A DNA stretch of 36,868 bases, taken from positions 1 through 36,868 of the IMG/VR virus record IMGVR_UViG_3300042363_000465. One strand, written 5' to 3'. The stretch is from a virus (taxonomy: Duplodnaviria; Caudoviricetes). The notes beneath the pieces are model-generated. The model was not told the DNA's origin, searched no databases, and saw nothing but the letters and a program-made list of their open reading frames with translations. Numbering within the stretch: position 1 is the first letter of the stretch; every line of letters begins with the position of its first letter. Both the position numbers and the translations under genes were made by a program. This document shows, piece by piece, positions 27,521 through 35,925 of this stretch.

Positions 27521-28092
27521 TATTGCATCGCCTTATTACTATTCTGATAGACAGTTCTGGTATTAGCACCGACAAAATTATGTGTTGGTAAAAATATAGC
27601 AGCCTTCCAATGTTGAGGTTCTACTTTTAAAAATCTACTTTGAACATGATTATTCAAATATCTTTTAATTGAAGGCTTCACTTGTGGAAACTTTGTAAAA
27701 TTTTTAAGTAAAGACCAACTTACATCTATTTTGCTTTTTTCGGTTAGCTGTTTGTCCGTATAGTCTAATAAATTACCTAATAAAACTGCTCTCTGTAAAG
27801 GAGGTAAATAGTGTAAGTTCAACCCTATGAATCCTCCTGGTGCAGAATCAAATGGTAAACATAACGGAAATGTATCGTAATATGGTAAAGTCTCTTTCAA
27901 CTTAGGATCGTACATGAACATGTACATATTACCAGGTTCAATTTTAGAGGTAAGATCCCCTAAGTCAGTTTTTTTGACATCGTTATAGTCAGTAAGTTGT
28001 CCAGCCATTTTTTTGACTGAATTCATATACCAATTAAACGATCTGTCCTGATCGCCTGCGGCTGCTCTTATATTTTGAAATGGATTTGACAT
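27520..28092 (-). CDS. gp2: DNA end protector gp2
   Basis: MYMFMYDPK.KETLPYYDTFPL, GFIGLNLHYLPP..RA, KRYL..HVQS, AIFLPT. Confidence 0.92.
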   Translation of the reverse strand: MSNPFQNIRAAAGDQDRSFNWYMNSVKKMAGQLTDYNDVKKTDLGDLTSKIEPGNMYMFMYDPKLKETLPYYDTFPLCLPFDSAPGGFIGLNLHYLPPLQRAVLLGNLLDYTDKQLTEKSKIDVSWSLLKNFTKFPQVKPSIKRYLNNHVQSRFLKVEPQHWKAAIFLPTHNFVGANTRTVYQNSNKAMQ

Positions 28093-28097
28093 GTCAT

Positions 28098-28105
28098 TAT
28101 TTATA
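28098..28105 (-). promoter_or_regulatory. Late promoter directly upstream of gp2
   Basis: TATAAATA, 5 nt, then ATG. Confidence 0.7.
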
Positions 28106-28134
28106 ATGATTTATGCAGCATCTAAACAATAACA

Positions 28135-28584
28135 TTATAATCCAAGTTCTTTTTCAGTTATAATTTTAAACTCCCACTTTCTATTTTTACAATATTCAGT
28201 AGCAGCCTCCCACTTAGCAAGATTAACTCCCCACTGTTTTACTTCATTGATAAATCTTGCAGTTTTACGTGTGGGAATTTTAGGTTCTTTTGTAAATCTG
28301 AGAGGTTTTACTTCTATCAAATACATTTTTTGATTATTGTTTTCATCATTTATTTTAAGATAAAAATCAACAAAATATCTATGTATTCTATTGTCTAAAG
28401 GAGAGCGATATGGTATAATGATTTCTTCACTTCCCCATTCTAGCACAGAAGAATTTTTATCACACCAATTCATAAATTTTAATTCATATCCTGATCTATA
28501 AACGATGTTATCAACATCCCCTCGGTATTTTATGGGGTTTCTTGGAATAAATTTTCCTTGATATAATTGTTTGGTGTATGTCAT
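28135..28584 (-). CDS. gp4: Head completion nuclease gp4
   Basis: YQGKFIPRNPIKYRGD, YRSGYE, WGSEE..IPY.SP.D...HRYFVDF, IEVKP, N.AKWEAA, F.IITE. Confidence 0.93.
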   Translation of the reverse strand: MTYTKQLYQGKFIPRNPIKYRGDVDNIVYRSGYELKFMNWCDKNSSVLEWGSEEIIIPYRSPLDNRIHRYFVDFYLKINDENNNQKMYLIEVKPLRFTKEPKIPTRKTARFINEVKQWGVNLAKWEAATEYCKNRKWEFKIITEKELGL

Positions 28585-28647
28585 AAGATGTTATAAATAA
28601 TGAATAAATGTTTAGTGTATGTCATAAGATGTTATAAATAATGAATA
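28574..28647 (+). repeat. 33-bp exact direct repeat (period 41), each copy containing a late promoter
   Basis: gtgtatgtcataagatgttataaataatgaata at 28574-28606 and 28615-28647; TATAAATA at 28592 and 28633. Confidence 0.9.
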
Positions 28648-28678
28648 TAAACTATTTATCATAATAGGATTCAAATAA

Positions 28679-29554
28679 ATGGCAATAACTTTAAGAAACA
28701 CTAAAGGCATCCCGTTAACCACTGAGGAACTGGATCAAAACTTTAGTGAAATTAGTACAAAAATAGATTCCAGTTCTTTAGGATCTGGTGTGGCTACTTT
28801 TTTGGGTACACCTTCTAGTGCAAACTTATTAGCGGCAATAACTAATGAAACAGGAACTGGTGCGTTAGTGTTTGCAAACTCACCCACATTAGTAACACCA
28901 GCACTTGGTACTCCAACAAGCGGTACTTTGACAAACGTAACTGGTCTTCCAATAGCAACTGGTGTGTCTGGTCTTGGTACGGGTGTAGCAACCTTTCTTG
29001 CTACACCTTCTAGTGCAAACTTATTAGCGGCAGTAACTAATGAAACAGGAACTGGTGCGTTAGTGTTTGCAAACTCACCCACATTAGTAACACCAGCACT
29101 TGGTACTCCAGCGAGTGGTACTGTAACAAATTTAACTGGCACAGCATCTATTAATATTAACGGCACGGTGGGCGCTACAACAGCAACAACTGGAAATTTT
29201 ACTAATATTACTGGAAACAATTTAGTAAATACTGTTATCAGAGGCAAAGTTCAAGCACTCGGTAGTATTTCAGGTGCAGTTACTATAAATATGTCACTTG
29301 GTGATACAGTTACTGCGACAATTACGGGCAATACCACATTTTCAATAACTGGTCTTACTAGTGGTTCAACGAACACAGTTTATCTTATATTAACCAACAG
29401 TGGCGCTGGTACCATTACTTATCCAACAGGTACTACGTTTAATCGAGGAGTTGCTCCAATTACAAGTGCAACAGGCAAAACTTTAATTATTCTAGACACT
29501 GTAGATAATGGGACTACTTATATGGGTGTTCAATCTTGGCGTAGTTACGCATAA
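28679..29554 (+). CDS. Virion fibre/adaptor protein with internal duplication
   Basis: MAITLR..KG.PLT.EELDQNF attachment-type N-terminus, duplicated TPSSANLLAA.TNETGTGALVFANSPTLVTPALGTP, beta-rich C-terminal domain; late promoters upstream. Confidence 0.75.
   Translation: MAITLRNTKGIPLTTEELDQNFSEISTKIDSSSLGSGVATFLGTPSSANLLAAITNETGTGALVFANSPTLVTPALGTPTSGTLTNVTGLPIATGVSGLGTGVATFLATPSSANLLAAVTNETGTGALVFANSPTLVTPALGTPASGTVTNLTGTASININGTVGATTATTGNFTNITGNNLVNTVIRGKVQALGSISGAVTINMSLGDTVTATITGNTTFSITGLTSGSTNTVYLILTNSGAGTITYPTGTTFNRGVAPITSATGKTLIILDTVDNGTTYMGVQSWRSYA
28807..29110 (+). repeat. 109-bp direct repeat with one mismatch, period 195 bp
   Basis: 28807-28915 versus 29002-29110. Confidence 0.9.
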
Positions 29555-29563
29555 GGATTTGTT

Positions 29564-31063
29564 ATGAGCTGGACTAGAAAATTATTTACATCTGGTGGAA
29601 ATAATACCAGTGTAGAAACAAGTTTCCCAACTAATACCACTACAAGTTGGAATACAAATACTACTAGATTAACTAATATTCTAACTAGTAGAAGTACCAC
29701 TACTGTTTGGGAAATTCCAGGTAACACAACTACTACATTTTTAACTAGTAGAACAACATCTGGAAATACTAGTTTTTCAACTTTAACTACTTTTCCGACT
29801 TTAACTACTTTTTCAACAGATACATTGTATTCAACAAATACATTGTATTCAACTAATACACCTTTTCCAACAACTACTAACTGGAATACAAGCACTACTT
29901 TTTCAACAAATACTCCTGTTCCAACAACCACTAACTTTAACACACTATTAACTGCATATACAGTTCCTACTACTTATTCATTAGGAAATACTTCTAGAAA
30001 TACAACCACTACTTTTCAAACTTCTAGAATTACAAGCGGGTTTACTTTTATTAATACTTCTAGAAATACAACCACTACTTTTCAAACTTCTACAAATACA
30101 AGCAGAAGCACTACTACATCTTGGTCTAGTTCTTTTAATTTTAATACTACTACATGTTGGCAAACAAATGCGAACACTTGTAGAAGTACTGACATAGGTA
30201 TAACCACTTTTCAAACAAGTTTTAATACTAATTTTAATGATACTAATAATGGGTGTATTAATTATAATACATATGGGCAAGAAACATCCAGAGACTCACC
30301 TTCTCCTGGATGTACATTACAGTCATGCGACTTAATTAGTCAAACATATGATTCTTATATATCTCCCGAAGACGGAGAGACAGAACTTCAATATCTGGCA
30401 CAGGAATGCTATAGTTGTGCTGTTAACTGTAATGTTAATACTTCTTCAACTACTACAGCTCCAATTCCTGGTACGACTTGTTACGATACTTTTTTTAACA
30501 CTTGTCGGTCAACAAATACATCAGGAACAACAACTGCTAGTAGAAACACTACTACTAATTATACTACATTTTGGAACTCAAGCCGGCTTACCAATACAGA
30601 GTTTGGAACAAATACTACTTTTTTCTCAAATGCTACATTTTGGAATACAAGTAAGTCAACAACTACAAATTGGACTACAAATTCATCTGTTTCAACTAAT
30701 GTAGAAGAATATATAAATACTTCTAGAAGTACAAATTCATCTGTTTCAACGAACACTTCTGCGCTTACAAACACTTCTAGAAGCACGAATACGCCGTATT
30801 CGACAAATACACCGTATCCAACAAATACACCATATCCGACCAATACTAGTAGAAACACCAATACTACTAGTAACACTTTAACAACTGCGTCAGGTACTTT
30901 TACAACTGATTTTAATACAAATAGAACAACATCGACAACAAATACTTTTAGTCAAAATACGACTACTCAATTTACAACAGAAGCAACAACTTCTTGGCAA
31001 ACTCAATACTCATCGAATACAACAACTACTACCAGTAGAACCACCAGCTGGATAACTGAATAA
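29564..31063 (+). CDS. Thr/Asn/Ser-rich fibre protein with mirror-complementary arms and a central Cys-rich tip
   Basis: 499 aa; all 10 Cys lie in aa 198-314; AAGGA SD; followed by a chaperone-like gene. Confidence 0.8.
   Translation: MSWTRKLFTSGGNNTSVETSFPTNTTTSWNTNTTRLTNILTSRSTTTVWEIPGNTTTTFLTSRTTSGNTSFSTLTTFPTLTTFSTDTLYSTNTLYSTNTPFPTTTNWNTSTTFSTNTPVPTTTNFNTLLTAYTVPTTYSLGNTSRNTTTTFQTSRITSGFTFINTSRNTTTTFQTSTNTSRSTTTSWSSSFNFNTTTCWQTNANTCRSTDIGITTFQTSFNTNFNDTNNGCINYNTYGQETSRDSPSPGCTLQSCDLISQTYDSYISPEDGETELQYLAQECYSCAVNCNVNTSSTTTAPIPGTTCYDTFFNTCRSTNTSGTTTASRNTTTNYTTFWNSSRLTNTEFGTNTTFFSNATFWNTSKSTTTNWTTNSSVSTNVEEYINTSRSTNSSVSTNTSALTNTSRSTNTPYSTNTPYPTNTPYPTNTSRNTNTTSNTLTTASGTFTTDFNTNRTTSTTNTFSQNTTTQFTTEATTSWQTQYSSNTTTTTSRTTSWITE
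29987..30092 (+). repeat. 40-bp exact direct repeat in the fibre gene (period 66)
   Basis: aatacttctagaaatacaaccactacttttcaaacttcta at 29987 and 30053; a second 21-bp repeat at 30676 and 30730. Confidence 0.85.
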
Positions 31064-31075
31064 AGGAGATTTATA

Positions 31076-31579
31076 ATGTTATATGCTAGAATAAATGTAG
31101 AAACTAACGAGGTGTTAGAATATCCTATAAATGAGGTTAAATTGCGTGATCACTTGGTGAATACTTCTCTGCCAAGAGTTATCACAGATTTTTCTTTAGC
31201 GGGAACACAATATGTTTGTGTGCCACCTGTACCTTTTGATAGTATAACTTTAAGACCAACAGAAACCCATCAGTTAGAAACCACTTCAGCATATTATGAT
31301 GATGAAACTGATACATGGGTTAGAGTATATGAATTGGTTGAAGTTAGGCCTTCTAAAAGAGCTATTAGAACTGAATTTCGCTGGAAAGAACTTTCTAAAA
31401 GAAGAGCAGCAGCACTGTCAAAACTAGATGCTAAAATTATGCGTAACCTGAGTGAAACTAGACAGGGGTTAGCTACTACTGAAAATATTGAAGACTTAGA
31501 TGCCAAAGCACAAGAGTTGAGAGATATGACAAATTTAGATGCATGGGATATTGACGAAAGAACCTTTTTTGATGTATAA
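31076..31579 (+). CDS. Tail fibre assembly chaperone-like protein
   Basis: YARI...VLEYP...LR...NTSLP N-terminus; C-terminal W..L..RR...L...D...AQELRDMT...W resembling Tfa-type chaperones; directly after the fibre gene. Confidence 0.6.
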   Translation: MLYARINVETNEVLEYPINEVKLRDHLVNTSLPRVITDFSLAGTQYVCVPPVPFDSITLRPTETHQLETTSAYYDDETDTWVRVYELVEVRPSKRAIRTEFRWKELSKRRAAALSKLDAKIMRNLSETRQGLATTENIEDLDAKAQELRDMTNLDAWDIDERTFFDV

Positions 31580-31612
31580 TAAATAATATTTTTATAATGA
31601 TAGGTTTATATA

Positions 31613-32584
31613 ATGATGCAATCGTTAGAATTAGAACCAAAAAGTGAAGAAGATGTCAAGCCCCTTCTCATAGAAAATAAAATGTCTGACAGGTATAATG
31701 AGCGAAAAAAGATCGGTCCTTATGCCTCAAGATCAGAAAGAAATGCATGGGCAGTAGAAAATGAAGATTTGGTTCGTTCATTATCTCCTTGGCCCATTAC
31801 CTATGATGTGGGTGCAATTCAAGGCAATGATTTTAGCGAATTTACTTATACAGAATTTGCCGGCGGCGGCATATGGGTAAACACTCAATCTAGGGAAATA
31901 AACTGCCGTCTGATTGACTTTGCATCTAAAGTTGATTCTGGAAAAGAAGGTGAAGAATTATTTGAAAAATTTGTAGCTTCTTTTTCTGATAAGTATGTGA
32001 TGGAAGAACTTGATGAGAAATATAAAAACATTAAACATGTTGTATTTTTACCTGGACATAATCTTTTAGATTTAGTAGATACTGAAGCATTAACTAAACT
32101 ATTAAAAGAAGAAGATGATGTTCAAGTAAAACCTCATCCACTGACACATGGAGATGCTATTCGATTAGTATCAAGAAGATGTGGTTGGCAAAAGGTACTT
32201 CCTAAAAACATTTCAGGTGCTAAACTACTTGAACAATGTGAAACAGTTTACAGTACCACTGCATCTGAAATGATTATCACTGGTGCTGCGCTAGGAAAAA
32301 CTGTTTACGATCTTTCAGTATACAGTGCATCGGGTGCAGGAGTGTATCAACCCATTCATCGTGTCATTTCATATCTACAAAAAAGAGAAGGAAAGGAAGC
32401 TGCAAAAAAAGCAATTGCTAATATTATTGCTTGCCCTTGGTCAGGGGTAGTTTTCAAATTTCATGATAACTATGAAGAAAGAATAAAAATGTATTTTGAT
32501 AAAGCACTGGAACTAAGAGAATTGTATCGTCCACTGTCTTGTGGTCGTGGTGATTTAGATAAAAAGAAAGATGTTAAAAAATGA
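31613..32584 (+). CDS. KpsC/KpsS-like (capsule-synthesis family, GT-B) glycosyltransferase-like protein
   Basis: VVFLPG, VKPHP, LLEQCETVYSTTASEM...AALGKTV, matching the HP motif and following layout of CMP-sugar-using GT-B enzymes. Confidence 0.55.
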   Translation: MMQSLELEPKSEEDVKPLLIENKMSDRYNERKKIGPYASRSERNAWAVENEDLVRSLSPWPITYDVGAIQGNDFSEFTYTEFAGGGIWVNTQSREINCRLIDFASKVDSGKEGEELFEKFVASFSDKYVMEELDEKYKNIKHVVFLPGHNLLDLVDTEALTKLLKEEDDVQVKPHPLTHGDAIRLVSRRCGWQKVLPKNISGAKLLEQCETVYSTTASEMIITGAALGKTVYDLSVYSASGAGVYQPIHRVISYLQKREGKEAAKKAIANIIACPWSGVVFKFHDNYEERIKMYFDKALELRELYRPLSCGRGDLDKKKDVKK

Positions 32585-32757
32585 AACCTGAACATCGAAA
32601 AAGAGCAGAGATATGTAATTCTTGTGAACACTTAAATAAAACAATAAGTGTTTGCAAGAAATGTGGTTGCTTCATGCCCGCCAAAACCCGTTTAAACTGG
32701 GCATCATGTCCAGTTGGCAAATGGGATAAAATAATCATCAAAGAAATTAAAGAATAG
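32581..32757 (+). CDS. 58-aa Cys-rich metal-binding protein (DUF6171-like)
   Basis: R.EICNSCEH...CKKCGCFMPAKT.L..ASCPVGKW; ATGA overlap with the upstream gene. Confidence 0.8.
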   Translation: MKPEHRKRAEICNSCEHLNKTISVCKKCGCFMPAKTRLNWASCPVGKWDKIIIKEIKE

Positions 32758-32766
32758 ATTATTTAT

Positions 32767-32774
32767 TATAAATA
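32767..32774 (+). promoter_or_regulatory. Late promoter for gp48-gp53-hub-gp5
   Basis: TATAAATA 31 nt before the ATG. Confidence 0.75.
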
Positions 32775-32805
32775 GTGTAAATTACTTCATTAGAGTTTAC
32801 ACTTC

Positions 32806-34029
32806 ATGTCGAGACGATCACAAGTTGCCCGCGAACAGCGGGAACGTCAACCAAATCAAGGTACTCAAGGTCCTCAGCTAGAGGAAACTCTAGAATCGCG
32901 CAGGCAACGAGAGCGTCTAGAATTTCTAGAAAAAGATGCTAATACTCCACTAAAAATAATTAGCTCTCCTACAACACATCAATATCCTTTAACTTTAGAA
33001 AATAAAGAAGAGTTTGTACACAGTGTTATTTTTTACATTAATGCTAGAAATAATACTAGAGTAGGCGCAGCTTCAGCATCACAACTTGCTAATAATACCG
33101 CGTTTCAAGACGCACAAAAAGTTCTTGGTGAACAACTTGCCAGTGAAAATCGTTTAAAGTCAGAATCTGCTGATGCTTTTTTAGCATCAGTGGCAGCCGT
33201 TGCAACTGCTACCTCTGTATATGGTGTTGTCAAAACTTCAGTTGAAGGAGGATCGCCAGGTGGAAAAATTATCGAAACTGGAACCCTGGCGCTCGGCGTT
33301 GCTGCGGCCGTAGGTGTTGGTACTGAGGCTACTTCAACTGTAAGATTGCTTTCTGCAATTGAACTATATGTCTCAGCACCTCCTTCTGCTGAATATGCTG
33401 CTGAATGGCAAAACGCTGATATAGGCGCTCTTGCGGGAACATTAGCATCAGGTGGCATAGGAGCAAATGGAGCAAAGTTAGATTTTAAAGATATTTTGGA
33501 AGATGGAGGTTCTTTGGCGACATTTGCTGGTAGAAGCATAATACAAGCAGCAGCCGCAGCTCCCAGAGAATTCGGAATTACAGGTGATCTGGGAGCAGGA
33601 ATAGAAGCAACTAGTAAAAAAGTAGCAAATCCTTATAGAGAACAATTATTTAAAAATATGGGATTTCGATCATTTGGATTTTCATACAAATTTAATCCAA
33701 GAAATACCGCAGAATTAACTTCAGTTATGGAAATTATACAACTTTTTAAATATCACATGCACCCTGAAATAGATACTTCTAGATTATTTTTGATATATCC
33801 TTCCGAATTTAATATTGAATACCGTTATAAGGGTAAAATAAATGAATATATACACAAAATTTCCACATGTGCATTAACCAATGTTAGAGTTACTTACGGT
33901 AGTTCAGATTTTACAACATTTTCTGGTACGTCCGGCGCCCCCTCTGAAATTAATTTAGACTTGACATTCTCAGAATTGGAAACTCTTTCTAACAATAGAA
34001 TAGGACAAAATTGGAGGAATAGTTATTAA
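32806..34029 (+). CDS. gp48: Baseplate tail tube cap gp48
   Basis: YPL, NPYREQLFKNMGFRSFGFSYKFNPRN..E...V.EII..FK..MHP, YPSEFNI, CALTNV.V.Y, LTFSELE. Confidence 0.88.
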   Translation: MSRRSQVAREQRERQPNQGTQGPQLEETLESRRQRERLEFLEKDANTPLKIISSPTTHQYPLTLENKEEFVHSVIFYINARNNTRVGAASASQLANNTAFQDAQKVLGEQLASENRLKSESADAFLASVAAVATATSVYGVVKTSVEGGSPGGKIIETGTLALGVAAAVGVGTEATSTVRLLSAIELYVSAPPSAEYAAEWQNADIGALAGTLASGGIGANGAKLDFKDILEDGGSLATFAGRSIIQAAAAAPREFGITGDLGAGIEATSKKVANPYREQLFKNMGFRSFGFSYKFNPRNTAELTSVMEIIQLFKYHMHPEIDTSRLFLIYPSEFNIEYRYKGKINEYIHKISTCALTNVRVTYGSSDFTTFSGTSGAPSEINLDLTFSELETLSNNRIGQNWRNSY

Positions 34030-34535
34030 TGTTTTTTAAATCAATGAAAGGACTATTATATCCAATACACGACAACCAGATTGTGGTTACTGATATATTT
34101 AAAAGAGTTGGGTTAAAAAAACCTGTAGTGGGTAAATTGGCGTTAGAAAAATATTATATTGATGACGGCAATACGCCTGAAGATATTGCAAAAATATTTT
34201 ATAACAATGTTTATTATCATTGGGTAATTCTTGTTGTTAATGACATAGTTAATGTGTATGAGGAATGGCCTAAACCTGAAGCTGCTTTACTTGATTATGT
34301 AAGAGACAAGTACGGCGCCGGCACCGAAAACCATGACCATCATTATGCTTTGGCTGAAGATACTTCTATTATTGTTGATTATGATGCTGCCAAAATAGTC
34401 AGTGGAGAATATGTTGCTATATCTAATTACCAGTATGAATTAGAATTAAACGAAAACAAAAGACAAATTTCTATATTGAGACCAGACTACTTAAAAGAGT
34501 TTGTAACACAGCACACTAAATTGATGGCAATTTAA
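34029..34535 (+). CDS. gp53: Baseplate wedge protein gp53
   Basis: TDIFKRV, Y.I.DG.TPE.IA..FY....YHWVILVVN, EWP, NE.KRQI.IL.P. Confidence 0.9.
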   Translation: MFFKSMKGLLYPIHDNQIVVTDIFKRVGLKKPVVGKLALEKYYIDDGNTPEDIAKIFYNNVYYHWVILVVNDIVNVYEEWPKPEAALLDYVRDKYGAGTENHDHHYALAEDTSIIVDYDAAKIVSGEYVAISNYQYELELNENKRQISILRPDYLKEFVTQHTKLMAI

Positions 34536-34536
34536 A

Positions 34537-35925
34537 ATGTCGTATAATGATGAAATTTTACAAAAAGCTGGTACAGTATTAACAGAAGAAATAACCATCT
34601 CTTTAGTAAATGGTGTTGTTGTTGATTTAGTCAATTTTGTGGTTGAATTGAATTTATATGAAGACATTTTTTCTCCCTGTTTGACCGGCAATCTTACTAT
34701 TGTCGATTCTGCAAATTTAATATCTGAACTTCCAATATTAGGTATTGAAGTTATTACCATTAAATATCGAACACCAACATTTGAAAACATTCCTTCAAAT
34801 GTCATCGAAAAAACCTTTCAATTGTATTCCATAGAAAATAGAACTCTTAATGGTGATAGAGAAACAATGTATACTATGAATTTTATTTCAGTTGAAGGTT
34901 TTATGGATCAAATAGAAACTTTAGTACGCTCCTTTTCAGGAACTACTGATGAAATTGTAAGTAAAATTTATAATGATTATATTGCTAAAGCTAGAAGACT
35001 AGATACTCCTGATAAAAAAACTTCATTGGTTATTTTTGATACCCCCCATACAAGTAGATTGAGATATATTTCTAATCATTGGTCACCATTTAAAAATTTA
35101 TCATTTATTGGTAAACGTGTTAAAGGTAATATACTAAACAGTTCTGATTATTTTTTTTATGAAAGCAATAAAGGCTTTTATTTTACTAGTATAGAAGGAT
35201 TAATAACACAGCAACTTGCAACCGGACATTTTGAAGAATATGTAATTGAGGTGCAAAAGAATACTACTCCCAGAAGAACTTCTGGTATTGTATATAAAGG
35301 CGTTAATGTTCCTCCTGATATGACTAGATTGAAAAATATAAAGATGCCAAAAACTTTTGATGCTATTGAAGGCATCATGTCTGGATATCATTCTAATTCA
35401 ATTAGAGGATATGATTTAACGACAAAAAAAATGACAGAATCTACTTTTGATTTTAGAGAACAAAATGCAGCATTTGTTAAAACAGATGCGGGTATCGCAT
35501 TTCCGAATATTGCTAGTAATCCATATGCACATTCACAATTTGTAACATACAACACTAATTTGTATAACGATTATGGTGTTACTGATCATTTAGAAGATTT
35601 GCCAGCTGGTCATCCAGCACAGTATGTTACAGATAGAATACACTATAGAACATCATACATAAATTCATTTAATAATTTTAAATTTGAAATTGAAATACAT
35701 GGTAGAACTGATATTGAAGTTGGTATGTTAATACAAATTTTATATCCGTCTGCTAGAACAAAGTTAGAGAATGAAAATACTCCAGAACAAGCACATGATC
35801 AATTATTATCAGGGTCATATTTAATAACTGCGATACATCATACTTTTAAGTTTGGTGAGCATTCTATACTTGCTGAAGTTGTAAAAAATGGATTGAATAA
35901 AAGTCTTGGAGAAAACAGTGAATGA
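34537..35925 (+). CDS. Baseplate hub/tail protein (gp27-like)
   Basis: LNLYEDIFSPCLTG, YFFYESNKGFYF.SIE.L, HGRTDIEVG, SGSYLITAIHH; between gp53 and gp5. Confidence 0.75.
   Translation: MSYNDEILQKAGTVLTEEITISLVNGVVVDLVNFVVELNLYEDIFSPCLTGNLTIVDSANLISELPILGIEVITIKYRTPTFENIPSNVIEKTFQLYSIENRTLNGDRETMYTMNFISVEGFMDQIETLVRSFSGTTDEIVSKIYNDYIAKARRLDTPDKKTSLVIFDTPHTSRLRYISNHWSPFKNLSFIGKRVKGNILNSSDYFFYESNKGFYFTSIEGLITQQLATGHFEEYVIEVQKNTTPRRTSGIVYKGVNVPPDMTRLKNIKMPKTFDAIEGIMSGYHSNSIRGYDLTTKKMTESTFDFREQNAAFVKTDAGIAFPNIASNPYAHSQFVTYNTNLYNDYGVTDHLEDLPAGHPAQYVTDRIHYRTSYINSFNNFKFEIEIHGRTDIEVGMLIQILYPSARTKLENENTPEQAHDQLLSGSYLITAIHHTFKFGEHSILAEVVKNGLNKSLGENSE

Noticed and set aside
29987-30750. Fibre-gene repeats as a diversity-generating retroelement template/variable pair
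   Set aside because: The repeats are short and exact with no adenine-specific mismatches, and no reverse transcriptase is present.
28735-30876. Minus-strand ORFs 28735-29247, 29545-29943, 29981-30280 and 30559-30876, and plus-strand alternative frame 30348-30704
   Set aside because: They are low-complexity shadows of the two fibre genes.
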